DNA from: Phaeosaccion multiseriatum
Taxonomy: Eukaryota > Protista > Ochrophyta, other classes
Reading direction: 5' to 3'
Assembly: GCA_965112735.1 (NCBI GenBank)
Contig: OZ218951.1
Location: 3,472,001-3,536,000, forward strand
Length of the DNA stretch: 64,000 nt
Part shown: positions 62,362 to 64,000 of the stretch, piece after piece
How positions within the stretch are numbered: position 1 is the stretch's first letter
How the letters are laid out: the number at the start of each line of letters is the position of its first letter
Position numbers and translations under genes: made by a program
Notes under the pieces: model-generated
What the model was told of the DNA's origin: nothing
What the model saw: the letters and a program-made list of their open reading frames with translations, nothing else
Databases searched by the model: none

Positions 62362-62931
62362 CGCGTGTGTGTGTGTGCGCGTGTGTGTGTGTTCTTTCTT
62401 TCCTGAACACCACTTAGCGCCATCCCGAGGCCTCACCTCCGTCCTCTAGAACGCGTGTTATGCCCACTCCCCTGCTAGGCTCCTCTCGCACCCATTCGTC
62501 TGTGCAAAACGACTTGTCAAGCGGGCACGCAAAGAGAGAGGGGAGTAAGGAGGAAGAAAACATGGTAGACCATTTCTTCTCTGTCTCTACAAACCCACCT
62601 TGCCGTCCAGCGCGGCAGCTTCCGAGCAAATCTCTTGCTGCAATTCGCGAATGAACGAGGCAAATCGTTGAAAAGTGGGACTCCCGTCCACTTGTTCCCT
62701 CCCGCTCAATGAGTCCACGTCCTTAGCAACTTTTCCATCTGCCGCCTCCAGCCTAATGTGTCTCCGCTGCGGGAAAGAGTGTGGGTTTTCCCCGGTCAAA
62801 GCTGAATTCGATGATGCTTCGCCACTCGGCCATCTACTGCCAGAAAGGGGCGTCTCCGCTGCGAGAAACGCGTGGCAGCAGCAGGGAAGGGACTGCAACC
62901 ACAGCACGCGATGGATCCACTTCCTATGCAT
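61053..62931 (-). CDS. CPOX: Oxygen-dependent coproporphyrinogen III oxidase, plastid-targeted
   Basis: GITRVLEDG|[96 protein letters not shown]. Presequence ends CHA-F. Confidence 0.95.
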
Positions 62932-63154
62932 CCTCTACCACGCACGCTTACTTCAAATAGTTTATTATGCACCGGGCTCACCCCCATGTACATGTAGACG
63001 TATTCTACGTCCGCCCAGATCTGTGAACCACTGACTTTCTATATTTGTTCTGCGCCTGGCTGGCTCTGAATACAAAAGATTGTGCATGCCGTTGTGCTGC
63101 TTTGGAGCGAAGCAAGGGAGAGAGAAAGAGGAGAAGCAGGAGAAGACTGCGGAG

Positions 63155-63883
63155 ATGGCGGCATTGGTGGTGAGTTGAATTCCTTCTAAGGGTTGTCTTG
63201 ACCATTTCCCCACTGAAGCTGACAAACTTTCGACGGCTGCTTGGGTTGAGCAGGAGGGAAAGGAGAAGCTCTGGGTGGTGCGGCGGGCGCCCAAGCCTGA
63301 TGCAAAAGTGAGGATGTTTCTGCTTCCGTGGGCCGGGGGAAATAGCACGGCGTACACGGGATGGCAGGCAACCCTGCCGGAGGAAGTCGAAGTGTGCGCG
63401 ATAGAGCTGCCAGGGAGGATGAGTCGGGCCAGGGAGACCTGCTACACTAGTGTAAAAGGTGAGCCAGCGCGCAGTCTCTCTCTATTAATTTTTCACTGGC
63501 AGCGTACCGTACGTACCAAGCCGACGTAACTTGATGCCAAGACAGCTTAGCCAGCCTTCTGTCGTCCCGCTTTGGCTGCCCCAGATACGGCGAGGGATTG
63601 TGTGGAGGCCTTGAAGAGACTGGGGCTACTGGACGACAAGCCCTTCGTATTGTTCGGCTACAGTATGGGATCCCGGGTAAGTAGTGGTAAGCTCACCTCA
63701 AGAGACGTTTATGCTTGGAGCGAGCGAGCAAGCACGCGCGTACCCTCCGTTCCGACGCGCCTTCGCCTTCGACACATCCCCTTGCGACAACTACAGATCG
63801 CATTTGAGATGACCCGTCTGCTCCAGCGCAAGGAGTGGCCCGCCCCTGTAGTGCTGTGCGTAGCTGCATCAGAGCCACCACAG
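63155..63883 (+). CDS. Type II thioesterase (alpha/beta hydrolase, GrsT/RifR-like), 3' partial
   Basis: RMFLLPWAGGNSTAYTGW..LPEEVEVCAIELPGR..R, KPFVLFGYSMGSR|IAFE..L..P..LCVAASEPP. Four exons are visible before the window ends. Confidence 0.85.
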
Positions 63884-64000
63884 GTAAGGAAAGAGCGCGA
63901 CCCTGAAGTGTTAGAGATGCTCGTCGCCTCTTCTTGCCTGCGCCGTGAGAGCGCCCCCAAGATGTGTGGAGGTTTGAGACTCTGCGACCGATTCCGACCG

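Overview
Eukaryotic nuclear DNA from a gene-dense, intron-rich genome. It is most likely a flagellated alga with a secondary red plastid (ochrophyte-like), inferred from bipartite signal+AF/GF plastid presequences and flagellar genes. Manual splicing at GT-AG sites gives about 13 genes: LRRC9 (3' partial), an orphan 7TM protein, animal-type sulfite oxidase, an intron-containing piggyBac-like transposase with no recognisable catalytic core, a USP4/15-type deubiquitinase with tandem Tudor/MBT-like domains, an NPHP3-like NACHT NTPase fused to an ODA-docking-complex-like coiled coil, a SHIPPO/ODF3-like protein, a plastid bestrophin-like channel, SF3A3, RAB3GAP2, a START/polyketide-cyclase protein, coproporphyrinogen oxidase and a type II thioesterase (3' partial). 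Introns are packed with micro- and minisatellites, which generate most of the long ORFs in the supplied track. The most unusual observations are: (1) a dispersed 18-bp motif CAGCAGTTGGTGATACAG, with 5 exact and about 17 degenerate copies in exons (several frames, both orientations) and in introns (one orientation); (2) a ~750-bp near-perfect foldback positioned as the divergent partner of SF3A3; (3) near-strict alternation of gene strand in tight divergent pairs, one with only 29 bp between start codons; (4) several unusual domain architectures. All family assignments come from motif recognition by eye, not database searches.
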